Positions 42,730 through 56,257 of a stretch of DNA of 64,000 nucleotides are shown piece by piece. A program made the translations under genes and the position numbers. The notes under the pieces are model-generated. The model saw nothing but the letters and a program-made list of their open reading frames with translations. It ran no database searches and was not told the origin of the DNA. How positions within the stretch are numbered: the stretch's first letter is position 1; the number at the start of each line of letters is the position of its first letter. Source of the DNA: Octopus vulgaris (taxonomy: Eukaryota); assembly GCA_951406725.2 (NCBI GenBank), contig OX597819.1:116932001-116996000 (forward strand), given 5' to 3'.

Positions 42730-43119
42730 TATGTGTGTGTATGTGCGTCTGAGTTTGTACCCCATCACCAATTTACAACCGGTGTTGATGCGTTTACTTC
42801 CATGTTGCTTAACGCTGTGGCAAAATATTTCAATAAATAGTGGAAGAATGAGGAAAAGTGGAAGAAAAAAGAAGAATAAGGAAAAGAAAAAGACAGGTGT
42901 GGAATGACCCGGCAGTAGTGGCTATCCGTGAAATCTACTTTAGTGGTCAAGTGAACTAAAAGTTACCTGTTGTGGTTGTAGCAGGTAAATGGTAAATGGT
43001 GTTGTTAATAAATTCATGGGTAGCGACTGCTCTTAATATAACTATGTTACATGTTCTGAATATAGTTACGTGGGTATTTTATTATAAGGACCTTGTAGTA
43101 GTGTCAGTTGTGGCGGAAC

Positions 43120-44060
43120 CATTCAAAAGGGGTTTATTTTGCGATAAATATGATTCTTTGCTAATGCGCTGATTATAGGTTGCATAGTTCCTAAGTTTAT
43201 AAAGGAAAAATATTCTAAAGTTGGATTGTTCATTAACGACGCAAACTTCGCTTTCTTCACTTAATGCTATTTTTCTGTATTCCTGTGTTTTAATCTGGGA
43301 TCTATGGACGGTAATCCTCTGGCGTAGACAATTTTTAGTTTGACCAATGTATTGCGCTTGAGACCTTCAGCAAGTTAACACATACATTACGTTTTGCAAA
43401 GCACATGTGAAGTTATTTTCTACTGTAAAGCGTTGACCTAATTTGAAGGAGAACTCCGATCCCTCAAATAGGCTGACGCATACGCCACAGTTACGTCTTC
43501 CGCATTGTTTTACTGACCGTATCGATGTTGTTGACGAGTGTAATGGCGCTGGTGTTAAAAGACTATTCATTGAGTTCAGTTATCTTTTGCTCTTTATAAT
43601 GATGTTCGTTTGGAGGATTTCATTCATCCTGCGGTCCCTTTTTAGTATTCTAGAATGCTAAAATATTCTAGAGGATGGTGTTATGGCCTCATTTTTAAGG
43701 GGGTTATGTGTGGATATGTATGATAGGTCTTTTGGTTGCAAATGCTTCTGTATGTCTGAATTCATGGATTTGATTTGTAGGAGCCGTTGAAAACCTATAT
43801 TAATTAGTGATGATGCGTAATTCCTGCTGATGAGTGTATCCTCTAGCTAATGTAGTCCAGTGTCTCTGGTGCTTGTATCACATGCTATAGTGCAAATCCC
43901 TTTTGCTAAGTTGAAAGGGATATGTATTCCTGTGTATCTATGGTGGCATGAGTTGAACGATAGATATTGCTTGGAGTCCGTTGGATTATAGTGTATACCT
44001 CTTTCTATTTTGCTGTTGGGTTTCTTTATGAGTATTGCTTTTCTTGTTTTACTCTTAGTT
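43120..44060 (-). pseudogene. Decayed Penelope-like element (RT thumb, Zn-finger linker, GIY-YIG; Neptune-like)
   Basis: YNPTDSKQYLSFNSCHH...IPFNLAKGICTI; KQCGRRNCGVC; FTCALQNVMYVLTC*...YIGQT...RITVH. Confidence 0.88.
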
Positions 44061-47000
44061 CAAAAGTCGAAAAGACTGAAACCAGTACTAACCTTTACAA
44101 AATGTATTTCAGGATAAAAATATATTTGGGTGTTCTGCCTTCTCTTATTTCCCTTGTACATATAAACTCGTGTGTTACTACCTTTGGACCTTCTACACAG
44201 ACACACACGCACGCACGCACACACACATACACACACACAAACAAACATATATATATATATATATATATATATGTGCATGTATGTGTAAGTTTATATATGT
44301 GTGTGAGCATATAGTTATTTAGGTAAGAAAGGTAAAACATTTTGGCGTCGTAGTTTTGAAAATGTGTAAAGTAACATCTCTAACTACTACAAACCCCGAA
44401 AATTATTAATCTCCTTATAAAATCTAATTTTAAAAGATCAAAAATTGGATATTATTAAAAAAACATAAAATAATATAAAACGTGTTTCCTCTGATGCAGT
44501 GAGACATAACATGTGTACACTTAGTAATCAGAGGTTACTATAAGCCTCTGTATAATTTGTGATTTCACACTTTCGTAAAAGTAAGCTGTCTACTTTCTAC
44601 TTCTCAGCTATACAAAAAATCTTTTTTTTTCTATTCTTTCTGTTTGGAAAACAATGCATACTAAAACTTATGATAATTCAAATATGGAAACTTTAAGTCT
44701 AAGCAAATTCCTTTTAACATATTTCTCTAAATAAACAACCTATTCTTAACTTAACTAACTCCACTTGCATTCACACAATGTATGGAATCCTCTCATCACT
44801 TAAAAAAAAAATTTAATGCGAATCCAACGCAGGTTATATTCGCAACTTACTTACTTATATAATTTAACATTTCAAATTACATTTCTTTTCATATAGGACA
44901 AGTGAAATACATTCACATTCATATCAATCTAGGAGATTCGTGCACTTGCTTGAAGCATTCCCATTCGGCCGTTATATAATGTTATTTGATTCCTATTCTG
45001 TCCATCTCATATTCCATTTCTTACAATGTTTCTTACAATTTCTCTACTGAACTATCTTTATTCAATTTTTCATTGCAAGTTCTATACATGCGTTTGAAAA
45101 TTTATGTCATCTGTACTTCTGCCTTTACGACATATCGATATGTTTAGTACCTGTAACACTGCATTTATAGTATAAACTCTAACACAGTTGTATGGCTTTC
45201 TCAACGATTCCCAGAAATACTCTTTCCTATCTTCTCTAAAATTAAAATCATTTCTGACAAATTTCCCAGTGTTTTAAGTAAAGCATTATCCTAGACAATT
45301 AATTTCCTTTAAGAGGCTATTGAAACGACACAACCACTGCGTTTAATTATAGGAGTTATATGTATAGAAAAAGAAAAACCTTTTTAAAAAGTGCATTGCC
45401 TCATTGATTTAATTCATCAAAGCGGTCTAGTTAACATATCTTACATTAAGATTTTATCAATAATGATCACCCTGGGTCTCCAGAATTAAAATGACATGCA
45501 TCTAGTAGACAATGTAAATAATTTTGGTATGAATTAAAAGGAGTTGATAAAATGTAACTCCCAAGCTGACAACATTGAAATGAAAAACCCTGTGGACACG
45601 AGTATAGAAGTTTATTATGTTTTAAGGCAGTGTATGAAATCAGTATATATTAGGAGGAAAACAGAACAAGTATTGCGATGGGAAGGAGCAATATTTTAAA
45701 GCCTTACCTATTTTAGCTGCGTATCTCGTTCTGAGTTCATGTCAACTATACCTATATTTATAAACAATGAAATACTAGTAATATATTCAGTCCCCTAGGA
45801 ACAAATTTTGTCTAGGCTTTCTATATGATAGTTTGACAGAATACAATGGTCAAAGTGGGTATTCGACTTGCTAGAAATAGAAACTAAATTCCTCTGAAAC
45901 GAAAATCTATTATCGTAAAAATGGAAAGCCTATAGAGGATAATGGAACTCACGATTCATTGCATACTGAAAAAAAGACAAAGTATTCATGAAATATATTT
46001 GATCATAGGTCTGATTATAGTTCTGACCTGAGGTGGGAGAGGTTAACAGCAACAACAGCAACAACAACAGAAGTTCATTTATAATGACACTGGAGGTTTT
46101 CACACAATAGTAATGATAAAAAAAGAAAACGAAATTATTCTGAAATAACGGAATCAATTATTATTTTACAGCAAAGTAATTATACGAAAATCACCAGATA
46201 TTGATTATATATTTTATTGTCTTTCTACTAATTGCCATTAAAATAGACGAAATGAAAATGTCCCAAATCATTACAACAATCGTCGGCATATATTCCTTTT
46301 AATATTTTCGATTTAAATGCATTCGATATCAGCGCTAAATGATAAGATCTATGTTACAAAATTATCTCCTACAAATGGTTGCTCCTCAAAGAAAAGGTGC
46401 TATTAGGTGAATATTCAATGGTGTATATCATTACAATCAACGCTACAATCACCACACCCTTCACCAGTATCATTACCATCTACCCAACTATCAACGATAT
46501 CGCTATTATCTTCATCGTTCACGTAATCGTAACCGTTTTCTCCGTCGTCATCATCCTCATCACCATCACCATCACCATCATCATTATCGTCGCTGTCGTC
46601 GACGTCACATTAGACGTCGCCGTTATTATCATCAACTCCCCCGCCATCACAGTTCTTTCTTCATCATCGACATCAACATCATCGCCACAATGTTAAAAAT
46701 CCTGTAATAATGTTTGGTGAACAATTATTCTATTTGTCTGGATGGCAAAAGTTTCATAAAATCTTCGGTTCAAAATATTCTTTTACTGATATTTATCATT
46801 GCAGCTTTTGTGTGAAATGGTGTATCCGCATTCCATATTTTCTTTTTAACAAACACACTAAATTCCGCCGAGATTAACCATTCCACATCCTGTTGCAATA
46901 TGATTGATATCACGCACCTCTTAATGTTCTAGTCGGAACCTGTTCGTTGAAGTAGAAGCAAAACCAAACTTTCTCAGTGAACGAGTGTTCAGAACTTCCT

Positions 47001-47599
47001 TTTGTGTATGACCCACCATAAAACATAGAATTTCTCTCTTTAGAATCCAACTCCAGAGATACACACTGCACGTCCAGAGCTTTCACAACATTTGCCTAAC
47101 CGTTTAATAGGTTATGCAAATGAAAAAACCCTGTGAACTCGAGTATAGAAGTCTATAGCAACACTAATACTTTTTCTAATGGTTCCTTTCTCAGAACATA
47201 TTTTGTCATTACTTCTACAGTTGAAGTTCAACACATGCACGTCCTACATTTATTAGAGTACGATGAAGTAGCTCGTTTTCACTTGCTTCAAAGTACAGAG
47301 TTATTACTCCTCTTTTTTCCGTTCGCACACTAAAATATCCATTCCCTGGCGACAATTTTTCAGTTCTTGGATCGATTAACAATATATATTCGAATGTGAA
47401 CTTTCATTGAAGGAGTGCCTTTTCCTGTTTTGTTTTCCCTCAAACGCATTTATTATCTTGTATTGTCTAATTTTCCATTTTGGTAGCGATATGCTTGAGA
47501 GAAAAAGCCTATATATGGATTTCATTTATCGGATTACTTCAATCGTGTTAGAAATTAAATACGCGGCTTAATATTTCCAGATATCATGTTTCCTTATTT

Positions 47600-48830
47600 T
47601 CCCAATGCATATTCCCATCGCGTTTCAAGCAAGATTAACCCAAATTAGCCAGAGGCAATTTTTCTCATTGAGTCTAATTTGTTCCGAGCCCGCAGGAGAA
47701 ATAGATACTGTTAAGATATTGTCAAAAAAATGGCCAGTCTTATTCACAAATGCAACGAAATGGAACTAAATCTGAGAGTTTAGGCGGACGTAATTAATGC
47801 ATTTATACCCTCGATGGGGTAATACCAACTGCCTATCTTATGTTGTCCCAAGAATAGTCTGCCAAACTGGAATGCATGCTTTTTCGTTTGCAATGAAATG
47901 GAGAGGAACAACTGCTCAGGAAATGCATCGGCTGCCAACAAACTGTCCGTACTGAGCTCGGAAGTACTCCTTGATGATGCTCCGGCATGTTCTTAAGAGG
48001 ACGCACCTGCAAATATACGTGGATTAATGCAAGAGTGAACTGATGTGGCCTTCACCCTCGAAAAATGCTACTATTTTGGTTTCAGCATAGACCGAAGTTA
48101 CGCTTTTGTCATGTAGAATGCTGTTAGATGCTCATAATAATGTACCGCTTAAAACGGGTCTCTGAAGAAGAACCAGTCTTAATTTCTATTGAATTTTACT
48201 TTAGCGTATGAGCAGCAATGGCTCTGGAGTAATTCAGGAATCGTAAACAAATGTTTAATGTGTTTCTTCTGGAGGAATTTTAGGTCGACGAAAGTACAAT
48301 TTCAAAAGGATATTAGTATGGTAGTTATACATGAGAAAGGGCATTCACATGTTCGAGATCAGCGCTACAGGTATCCACGCAAGAGCAAGCAAACTTGTCC
48401 AAGATGTTTGCAAGAGCCAAATCCGTCTTGCATACAGTCCTTCACTTTCCGTTCATTAGTGACCCCTTTTCGTCTATCGAACATTTGCATACTATCTTAC
48501 TTACAAGTCTATAATAAATATTGCAGTGTCACCTGCCCATGGCAACGAAGAGAAATAACATTTTCTCTGCTTGTTGCCTGTTATAAAATTGGTTGGGTGC
48601 CGGATGCCTCCGAAATATTTGAAGACAGAGATTTTTCTATCTGTTCAAGCTTACATGGAATTCTTCAAGTATATATTACAAAGAAAGAAGCAAAGGGGCT
48701 TACTTAATCGCATATTCATCGAGAGATGGGAGAATGACAAGGCCCCTGAGTGTGAATGGAATGGGCCCACGCAGTGTATGTTTCTAAGTAGGAAGAAATC
48801 CAGTGAAAGATGATAGTTTTGGTGTTTTGA
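47600..48830 (+). mobile_element. Decayed Tx1/L1-clade LINE ORF2 3' part
   Basis: Frameshifted translation ADVINAFI...CP...KLECMLFRL...LMMLRHVL, then zf-RVT-like RDQRYRY...CPRCLQE. Confidence 0.65.
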
Positions 48831-48964
48831 AAATTGCTGATTAATCTCGTATTATGTTTGGTGTAGACAGGCGCAAATGGCCAAGTTTATGTCGCTGAAA
48901 TTTGCGATGAATATCTAATTCTGATTTGAATATATATTTTATTTTGGTGGTTGTGTAGTAAGCA

Positions 48965-49408
48965 GGCGTAGGAGTGGCAGTGTGTTAAGTAGCTTGCTTA
49001 CCAACCACATGGTACCTAGTTCACTCCCACTGCGTGGCACCTTGGGCAAGTATCTTCTACTACAGCCTCGGGCCGACCGAAGCGTTATGAGTGGATTTGG
49101 TAGACGGAAACCGATAGAAACCAGTCGTATATATATATATATATATGTGTGTGTGTACGTATGTATTTATGTATGCATGTATGTATGTGTGTGTGCGTGT
49201 TTGTGTGTCTGTGTTTGCCCCCCCCCCCCCTCTGAACATCGCTTGGCAAACGATGCTGGTGTGTTTACGTCCCCGTAACTTAGCCGTTCGGCAAAAGAGT
49301 CCGATAGAATAAGTACTAGGCTTACAAGAAATAAGTCCTAGGGTCGATTTGCTCGACTAAAGGCGTGCTCCAGCACAATCAAATGACTGAAACAAGTAAA
49401 AAAGTAAA
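48965..49408 (+). mobile_element. SINE family A, full length
   Basis: Colinear with 21686-22110. Confidence 0.9.
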
Positions 49409-49534
49409 CATTTTTTATGCTGTATACAGTATGTTTTATATTGTTAAGGTATTGCGCCTTTGTTAACAGTAGTATAATCATCAACATCAACCTCGAGGTT
49501 GTGGAAGTTCTTGGTGTTATTATTATTTTTATTA

Positions 49535-50280
49535 AGGCGGCGAGCCAACAACATCTTCTTCTGACTTTATGGTTTCAGTTCTACAGCCGCGGCGGCAGAC
49601 TTTGCCTTTCATCCTTTTGGTGTCGATACTATTACTAGCAACTGAGGACTAGGGCACCGCTTTGAATTTATGTCAAAAGATTCGACCAAGTACTTATTCG
49701 TTCTTTAAAACTGATACCCATTCTGTCGGTCTGTCTTCCCGAACCTTTAATTAACGAGTATACAAACACACCAACGCCTGTTGGAAAGCGGTGTTGAATG
49801 ATAAACAGAGTAAAAAAAAAACAGTGATTGATTGATTGATTCTAGTTTCAGCTCATGAGCTGTGGCCATGCTGGGGCACCGCCAGTGCAAGCAAAATATT
49901 TCATGGCATGTCGTCTATCTTTACGTTTTGTGTTCAAATACAGCCGAGGCCGACCTTGTATATCATCCTTTCAGGGTCGCTAAATTAAGAAGCAGTTCAA
50001 CAGAGATACTTTTTCAAAATTGCTAGCCTTCAGTCAAAATTTGAAGCCATTATTAATATACATATAAATCAAGGGTGAACCAGTAGAATCTTTAGTACGC
50101 CGGACAAAATGTCTGGTGGTATTTCGGCTGTTTCCACTGCCTGAGTCCTAATTTCGCCGAGGTCGACTTTGCCTTCCATTCAGTCGGGGTTGATAAAATA
50201 AGTACCAATTGAGTGCGAGTGTTCGATGTAATGGACTTACGCACTGCTCTTAAATTACGGGTCTTGTGCCAACATTTTAA
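49535..50280 (+). mobile_element. Cluster of diverged SINE family D fragments
   Basis: Recurrent GCCGAGGTCGACTTTGCCTTYCATYC...GGGGTYGATAAAATAAGTACC at ~49590, ~49945 and ~50155. Confidence 0.65.
49842..49885 (-). mobile_element. ~45 bp extreme 3' fragment of the CR1/L2-type LINE
   Basis: Matches 4100-4140 and 7456-7500; (ATCA)n tail on the minus strand. Confidence 0.82.
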
Positions 50281-50963
50281 ATAAATAGACAGAGATTTGT
50301 ATTAATATTATGATATATGAAATATATGCTGGTGCAAGACTGAATAGCTTTTAATATTTGCTTTGATCTTTAATGTACATGGTGCTTAAATTCAAATGCT
50401 GTTATACTTTTGGCATGCTTGTTTGTAATGGACAAAACAGATATTACAATTTTACTGGTTTTTATTTTCTTTGTCATGTGACTGGGAGAATTATAACCGT
50501 GAAAGTTGTGGCTCGTGACAAATGGGAAATAGAATTTTTTTTCTCGATGACATATATTTGATAGAGTATCATACATGCGAGAATAATGAATTAAATTTCT
50601 TGTACAATACATTTACAAATACCTACATGAAATCAAAAGCGAAGATAAAATTTAGATTTATTCGCGCGTACTGAAAATACCACCTCCTGAATGATTTATT
50701 AAAAAAAAAAGATTTTTCATGATATGAAATAATTTAATATCATTTTCAGTTATAAAACTGAAAGATGTATTGTCGGGAGAATTCGGTTCATTACGATCGA
50801 TTCCTCTGCATTTAAGAGCAAAGGCAACTAAATTGCATTTGAAAGTATAATATTTGAAGTACGTGATTAAACACAGAATAAAATTTACTTTGTCAGCTCG
50901 AATATTTTGTCTTTCTATGTATTCTATGTATTAAAACGACGACTATAACTATTTTATAACTTT

Positions 50964-51113
<150 letters not shown>

Positions 51114-51546
51114 GAGTGAGAGAGCAGTTCATGCCATCAAAGTGACACTGGGGTAAAATATACGAAGCCCAATATACCCATCATGACTACCGGTCTGATA
51201 AAGGTACACCAGGCACATGCATCACAACCATATGTGCGCGACATGGTGATCTCATATCAAGATAAACAGCACATGACCTTGCAGGTGGGGCCCAGTTAGA
51301 ATTTTCTTCAGGTTGAGTAGCCCATCCTGCTCAAACGGTCCCTGAATAAGGGTTGCTTTAGGAGGTTGAACGAAACACCAATGTTTCCAGAGGTGAACCA
51401 TTCAAACTCCAAAGAATCCCTCTCAACACATGGCCATGATGCTCCCCCACTACTTCTGCTCGTGATCAGAGATGCACATATCGTCAACCACTAAGGGACA
51501 TGCTCAACTGGTTAAGGTCAAACAACTGACAAGCAAATCTGTGGTA

Positions 51547-51547
<1 letters not shown>
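51114..51547 (-). mobile_element. Non-coding (TAA)n-associated element, copy 1 (5'-truncated)
   Basis: Reverse complement of 58081-58514; (TTA)n on both sides. Confidence 0.9.
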
Positions 51548-51548
<1 letters not shown>

Positions 51549-51582
<34 letters not shown>

Positions 51583-51610
51583 TGTTATTATGATTATTAT
51601 TATTATGATG

Positions 51611-51684
<74 letters not shown>

Positions 51685-51718
51685 TGTTATTATGATTATT
51701 ATTATTATGATTATTATG

Positions 51719-51756
<38 letters not shown>

Positions 51757-51757
51757 G

Positions 51758-51808
<51 letters not shown>

Positions 51809-51863
51809 GTTGTTATTATGATTATTATTATTATGATTATTATGATTATTATTATTATTATTA
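51549..51863. repeat. (TTA)n array with recurrent TGA/TGT variants
   Basis: Direct reading. Confidence 0.97.
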
Positions 51864-51864
51864 T

Positions 51865-52075
51865 GGCGAGCTGACAGAATTGTTAGCATGCTGGGTGAAA
51901 TGCTTAGCAGTATTTCGCTCGACGCTACGCTTTGAGTTCAAATTCCACCGAGGTCGAGTCTATCTGTTATTCTTTCGGGGTCGATAAATTAAGTACCACC
52001 AAAACACTATGGTCGATACAATCCACTACTCCTCTTCTCCCACTCATATTTCTGGCCTTGTGCCTTTCATAGAAA
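51865..52075 (+). mobile_element. SINE family D copy within (TTA)n
   Basis: GGCGAGCTGACAGAATTGTTAG head, GAGTTCAAATTCC B box, TCGGGGTCGATAAATTAAGTACC. Confidence 0.75.
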
Positions 52076-52084
52076 TTATTATTA

Positions 52085-52152
<68 letters not shown>

Positions 52153-54133
52153 GTCATTTACTTTTAATCTGCATGTTTGATGCAATCACTTGCCGGAGCA
52201 CACCCAGCGCCCTAGGGCAAGTGAAGGTTAAGAGTTGTTGAAATATAGCTGAAAGCTTGGGGAGGGGAAGTAGAGATATATCTCCATGTAATGCAAACAC
52301 AAACATTTACATTGATAGGGTTTTTCTAAGGATGTGGGCAGTACTTGTTAGCACAATCTTTTGGATTTCCTTGGACATGGTTTTCCAGGGATATTGTCTT
52401 GGTGTTTCTGACATCCCTTTTTTATCATACCTAGGGCACCTACAATAACAGGAACAGTTTTTGTTTTAAGATTCCACATCCTCTGTATTTCGATTTCCAG
52501 GTCCTTATATTTACTAAGTTTGTCAAATTCCTTAACAGATACATTTTTATCAGTGGGGACGCTTACTTCTATTAGTCTGCAGGTATTTTCTTCCCTGTCT
52601 TTCACAATTATGTCTGGTCGATTAGCCTTGATCGTTCTGTCAGTGTTGACTGGAAAATCCCAGAGGATGGTGACATCTTTACCTTCAACAACTGGCTGAG
52701 GATGGTGTTCATACCAGTTAGCAGGAGTGTCGGATTTGTAGTGTTTACATATCTTCCAATGTATATACTGTCCTACCCTATCGTGGCGATTTTTGTTTTC
52801 GTTTGGTGTCAGCACAGGACATCCCGAAACGAGATGGTCTATTGTTTCATCAAATGTGTCACAGAATCTGCATTTAGGGTCAGTACCGTTTCGGAGAACG
52901 TTAGCCTGGTAATTTCTGGTAAACAAGCTTTGATCTTGTGCTGCCATTATGAAGCCTTCAGTCTCTGCTTTCAATCCAGAGCTCTTCAGCCACTGATGGG
53001 TTGTTGCTTGGTCTACATCAGCATTTTGGCTTCGGAGAATATATTGTCCATGCAGGGGCTTCTGGCTCCACCGCCTCTCAATTTGATTCTGCCCGTTCTT
53101 TTTTGCAGTCTGCTTGATTCGCTTTGCTTGCTTGGTAGCAGTGGTTTCCGGCCCTTCATCTGATTCAAGGTTAATGTCTAGTTCCCTTTCGAACTTATAA
53201 GCTTCCTTGACAATAGAATGCAGCCTTTTGCTGCTTTTGTGTTCGCACACAAGTCGCAGCATCCAGTCCTTTTTACTAGATAGGGACTAGATAGGTTCAT
53301 TCCTACAGTAGAGGTCTTATAGCACAGCTCTAATTGCATCATTCCTCTCCCCCCGCTGCTTCTAGGTAGGTACAAGCGGTCTACATCTGCCTTAGGGTGG
53401 TGCATGCTCTTGGATGTCAGTAACTTTCTTGTTTTCCTGTCCAAGCGTTGGAGTTCCGTAAGGTTCCAGTTAATGATGTTAAAACTGTACTGGACTACTG
53501 GAAGTGCCAGGGTGTTAATGGCCTCAATGCAATTTTTGGAGTTGAGTTCAGTCTTCAGTACAAGCCTTATTATCCTATAATATTCCTTTCTTATCTTTTC
53601 CTTCATAGTAGCATGATGTATACCATCTCCTTCGTTGATTCCTAGGTATTTGTAACTTTCTTGTGGGTCAAGTTCCGTGATGGTAGTGTCAATATCTAAT
53701 TTAACAGAAGCTGTTTGCCTGAGCTTGCCTCTTACAAAAGTTGCTTTAGCACACTTATCAAGGCCAAAATCCATCCCGATATCATTGCTAAACTCTTTAA
53801 CAGTTGTTAGCAGCCCTTCTAGCTCTTGGTCATTCCTGGCAAACAGCTTTAGGTCGTCCATATAGGAAAGGTGGTTTATTAACTTACTAAAAACTTTGTA
53901 CCCTTATCTGGTACTATCCAATTCGTTTGAGAGTGGGATCAGTGCCATGCAAAAAAGTAATGGAGAGAGGGAGTCACCTTGAAAGATGCCTCGTTTGATG
54001 TTGATGCTATTGGACTGGCTCATCCCATTACTATGGCTTAGAAAGAGACGTGTGTTCCACATGGTCATGCTATTCTCTAAGAATTTTGAGACGACAGGAG
54101 AGATCTTGTATATCTCAAGGGCCTTGAGTATCC

Positions 54134-54135
<2 letters not shown>
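52153..54135 (-). mobile_element. 5'-truncated R4/Dong-type LINE (RT plus restriction-like endonuclease) in (TAA)n
   Basis: GIFQGDSLSP and YMDD; CRFC...H...C zinc knuckle; RHD; RPDI...IEVS...K..KY; one stop and frameshifts; (TAA)n at both ends. Confidence 0.92.

Positions 54136-54222
<87 letters not shown>
54136..54222. repeat. (TTA)n microsatellite
   Basis: Direct reading. Confidence 0.97.
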
Positions 54223-54223
<1 letters not shown>

Positions 54224-54399
54224 CTTTTTTTCTCTTCTCAGGTTTTGGTTAAACCCTCCCTTTTCCTTGTCCATCATTTCATCTGCATTTACAACCATAT
54301 CTTTCATGGCATATTGCAGCTGGTCTTCATCACTGTTTATCAAATACTGGGCAAGCGTTCTCCTTTCACTCCTTACACAATGGTCTATACTAACTCATC

Positions 54400-54690
54400 C
54401 TCTGCCACCATTCTTTCTTTTCAAATACATACTATTTACATTTGCTTTAGGGTGTAGCGCTGCATGCAACGCCATGAATTTCTTCGTCCATCTGTCCAGT
54501 ATTGATATTTCCACCTTAGTCTATTTGAGTATGGACGCACTATATCTGACCACCGCAACTGCGCAGATATGTCATTTGGTATGGCTACATCAATGACATG
54601 ACAGTATTTGTCTCTCTTATTCAATATGAAAATATCCGCCTGATGGTGTTTGATTACACGATCCCACTGATAATCAATAACTTGCGTTTT
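54400..54690 (-). pseudogene. Old restriction-like endonuclease LINE fragment
   Basis: DRVIKHHQADIFILNKRDKYCHVIDVAIPND parallels DRTIKANRPDIIVKDREENTCRLIEVSVPTD. Confidence 0.7.
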
Positions 54691-55439
54691 TTAACTATCT
54701 ATATAACTATGAAACTGGCGCCATGCTACTTCGCATTACATTCAGACCAGAAATTTTGCCAAATTGTCTAATGTCTGTGTTCAAACGGGACCTGAACAGA
54801 TCTCCATCTATCTGAATCCGCCTACTTCTAATGGCGATATAATTGCAAGTCAGAGTGTACTGAAGAATTTTTGTCGATAGTTTTACTAGACATCACTAGG
54901 TTCCATTTTGTCCCGCTCTGCCTGATATTTGATTTTTATTCACTGAAGCAGACATCCGTGAGTGATCCGAGCTGTGTTAGCGAGATATTTTATCGCCTTA
55001 ACTATATGGCTATAATTTTGATATGTTTGATGTTACTTTTGTTAGTAACTTTCGGTGGAGACAATTTCTGCAGTAGAATTGAAAGTTGCATTGGTGTTGA
55101 TTGTTGTTAAGATGATCATTTTTGACTTGGTGTTTTCAGTCGCTCTTCTGTAAGTTTTAATAGTGAGGATAATAGTACGTTTTCTTCTATGACTGCTGAA
55201 ATTTGTATTGATCTTATGATGGCCGTACGGTCTACATGCGTAGGTTGGTGCTGTTTTTTTCTTGTCTTTGATTCTGATTTTGCTACTGCGGTTGTATATA
55301 CGTGCTGCAGTGGAGGGAGTGACAGCATTTCTGTCTGGAAGGCTGGTCAAGGTGCTAATGTTGTCTTTCTATGGAATAGTTTCTTTGCCATTCATTAATT
55401 ATCATTGTTGCAGTCGTTTCCCCTATATGATGATGTCAT

Positions 55440-56173
55440 AAACAGGCTGAAGACAGCACCTTCATCGCTACACTCACCCTGATGAAATAGGGAAGTGCCA
55501 ATATTCAAACCTTTCAAACAGGTTCACCACACACTCTCTATTTCCACAACCACTAAGCTAAGAAAGATCGCGAAAGATCTGCTTCCTATCTCTGCCCAAG
55601 TAAACTGGTCCAGCGTTCATCCCAATGCAGTCGGCGCACCGGTAGATTCGTCTTACTCAAGACGTTAGCTGCTCAAGACAATTCCATATGTGGCTGACTG
55701 GGACAGTGAACGACTGCATGTCAGACAGTTTCATACATCGGCATGCATCTCTGACATTTTCTACTGTTGCCGATCATATGCCTGAAGAAGTTGTCTTGAA
55801 CAGGCAGTATCTCTGTAACACCGCCACGCTAAACGCTTTTGAAAATTTTCCATGATTATGGTAAAGAATGCCCTCCGAGAGAAGGTCATTCACACTGTTC
55901 TCGTCGATGTCTAGAGTCGTTTCTCATATCTTTATTCGTTTATTCTCTTATTCTTTTATTTGTTTAGTCATTTGACTGCGACCATGCCGGAGCACCGCCT
56001 TTAGTCGTGCAAATCGACCTCATGTCCTATTCGTTGTAAGCTTAGTACTTATTCTATCGCTCTCTCTTGCCGAACCGCTAAGTGACGGGGACGTAAACAC
56101 ACTAGCATCGGTTGTCAAGCGATGTTGGTTGGACAAACACAGAAACAGAAACAGAAACATATACATACACACA

Positions 56174-56257
<84 letters not shown>

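Noticed and set aside
44700-45330. Possible RT remnant (RKGRSTDD on the minus strand)
   Set aside because: A single motif in heavily broken frames
46379-46696. Hydrophobic 105 aa ORF resembling a membrane protein
   Set aside because: Derived from degenerate (ATC/GTC)n low-complexity sequence
46850-47100. Possible APE endonuclease remnant (SGVGF on the minus strand)
   Set aside because: Too short and degenerate to support
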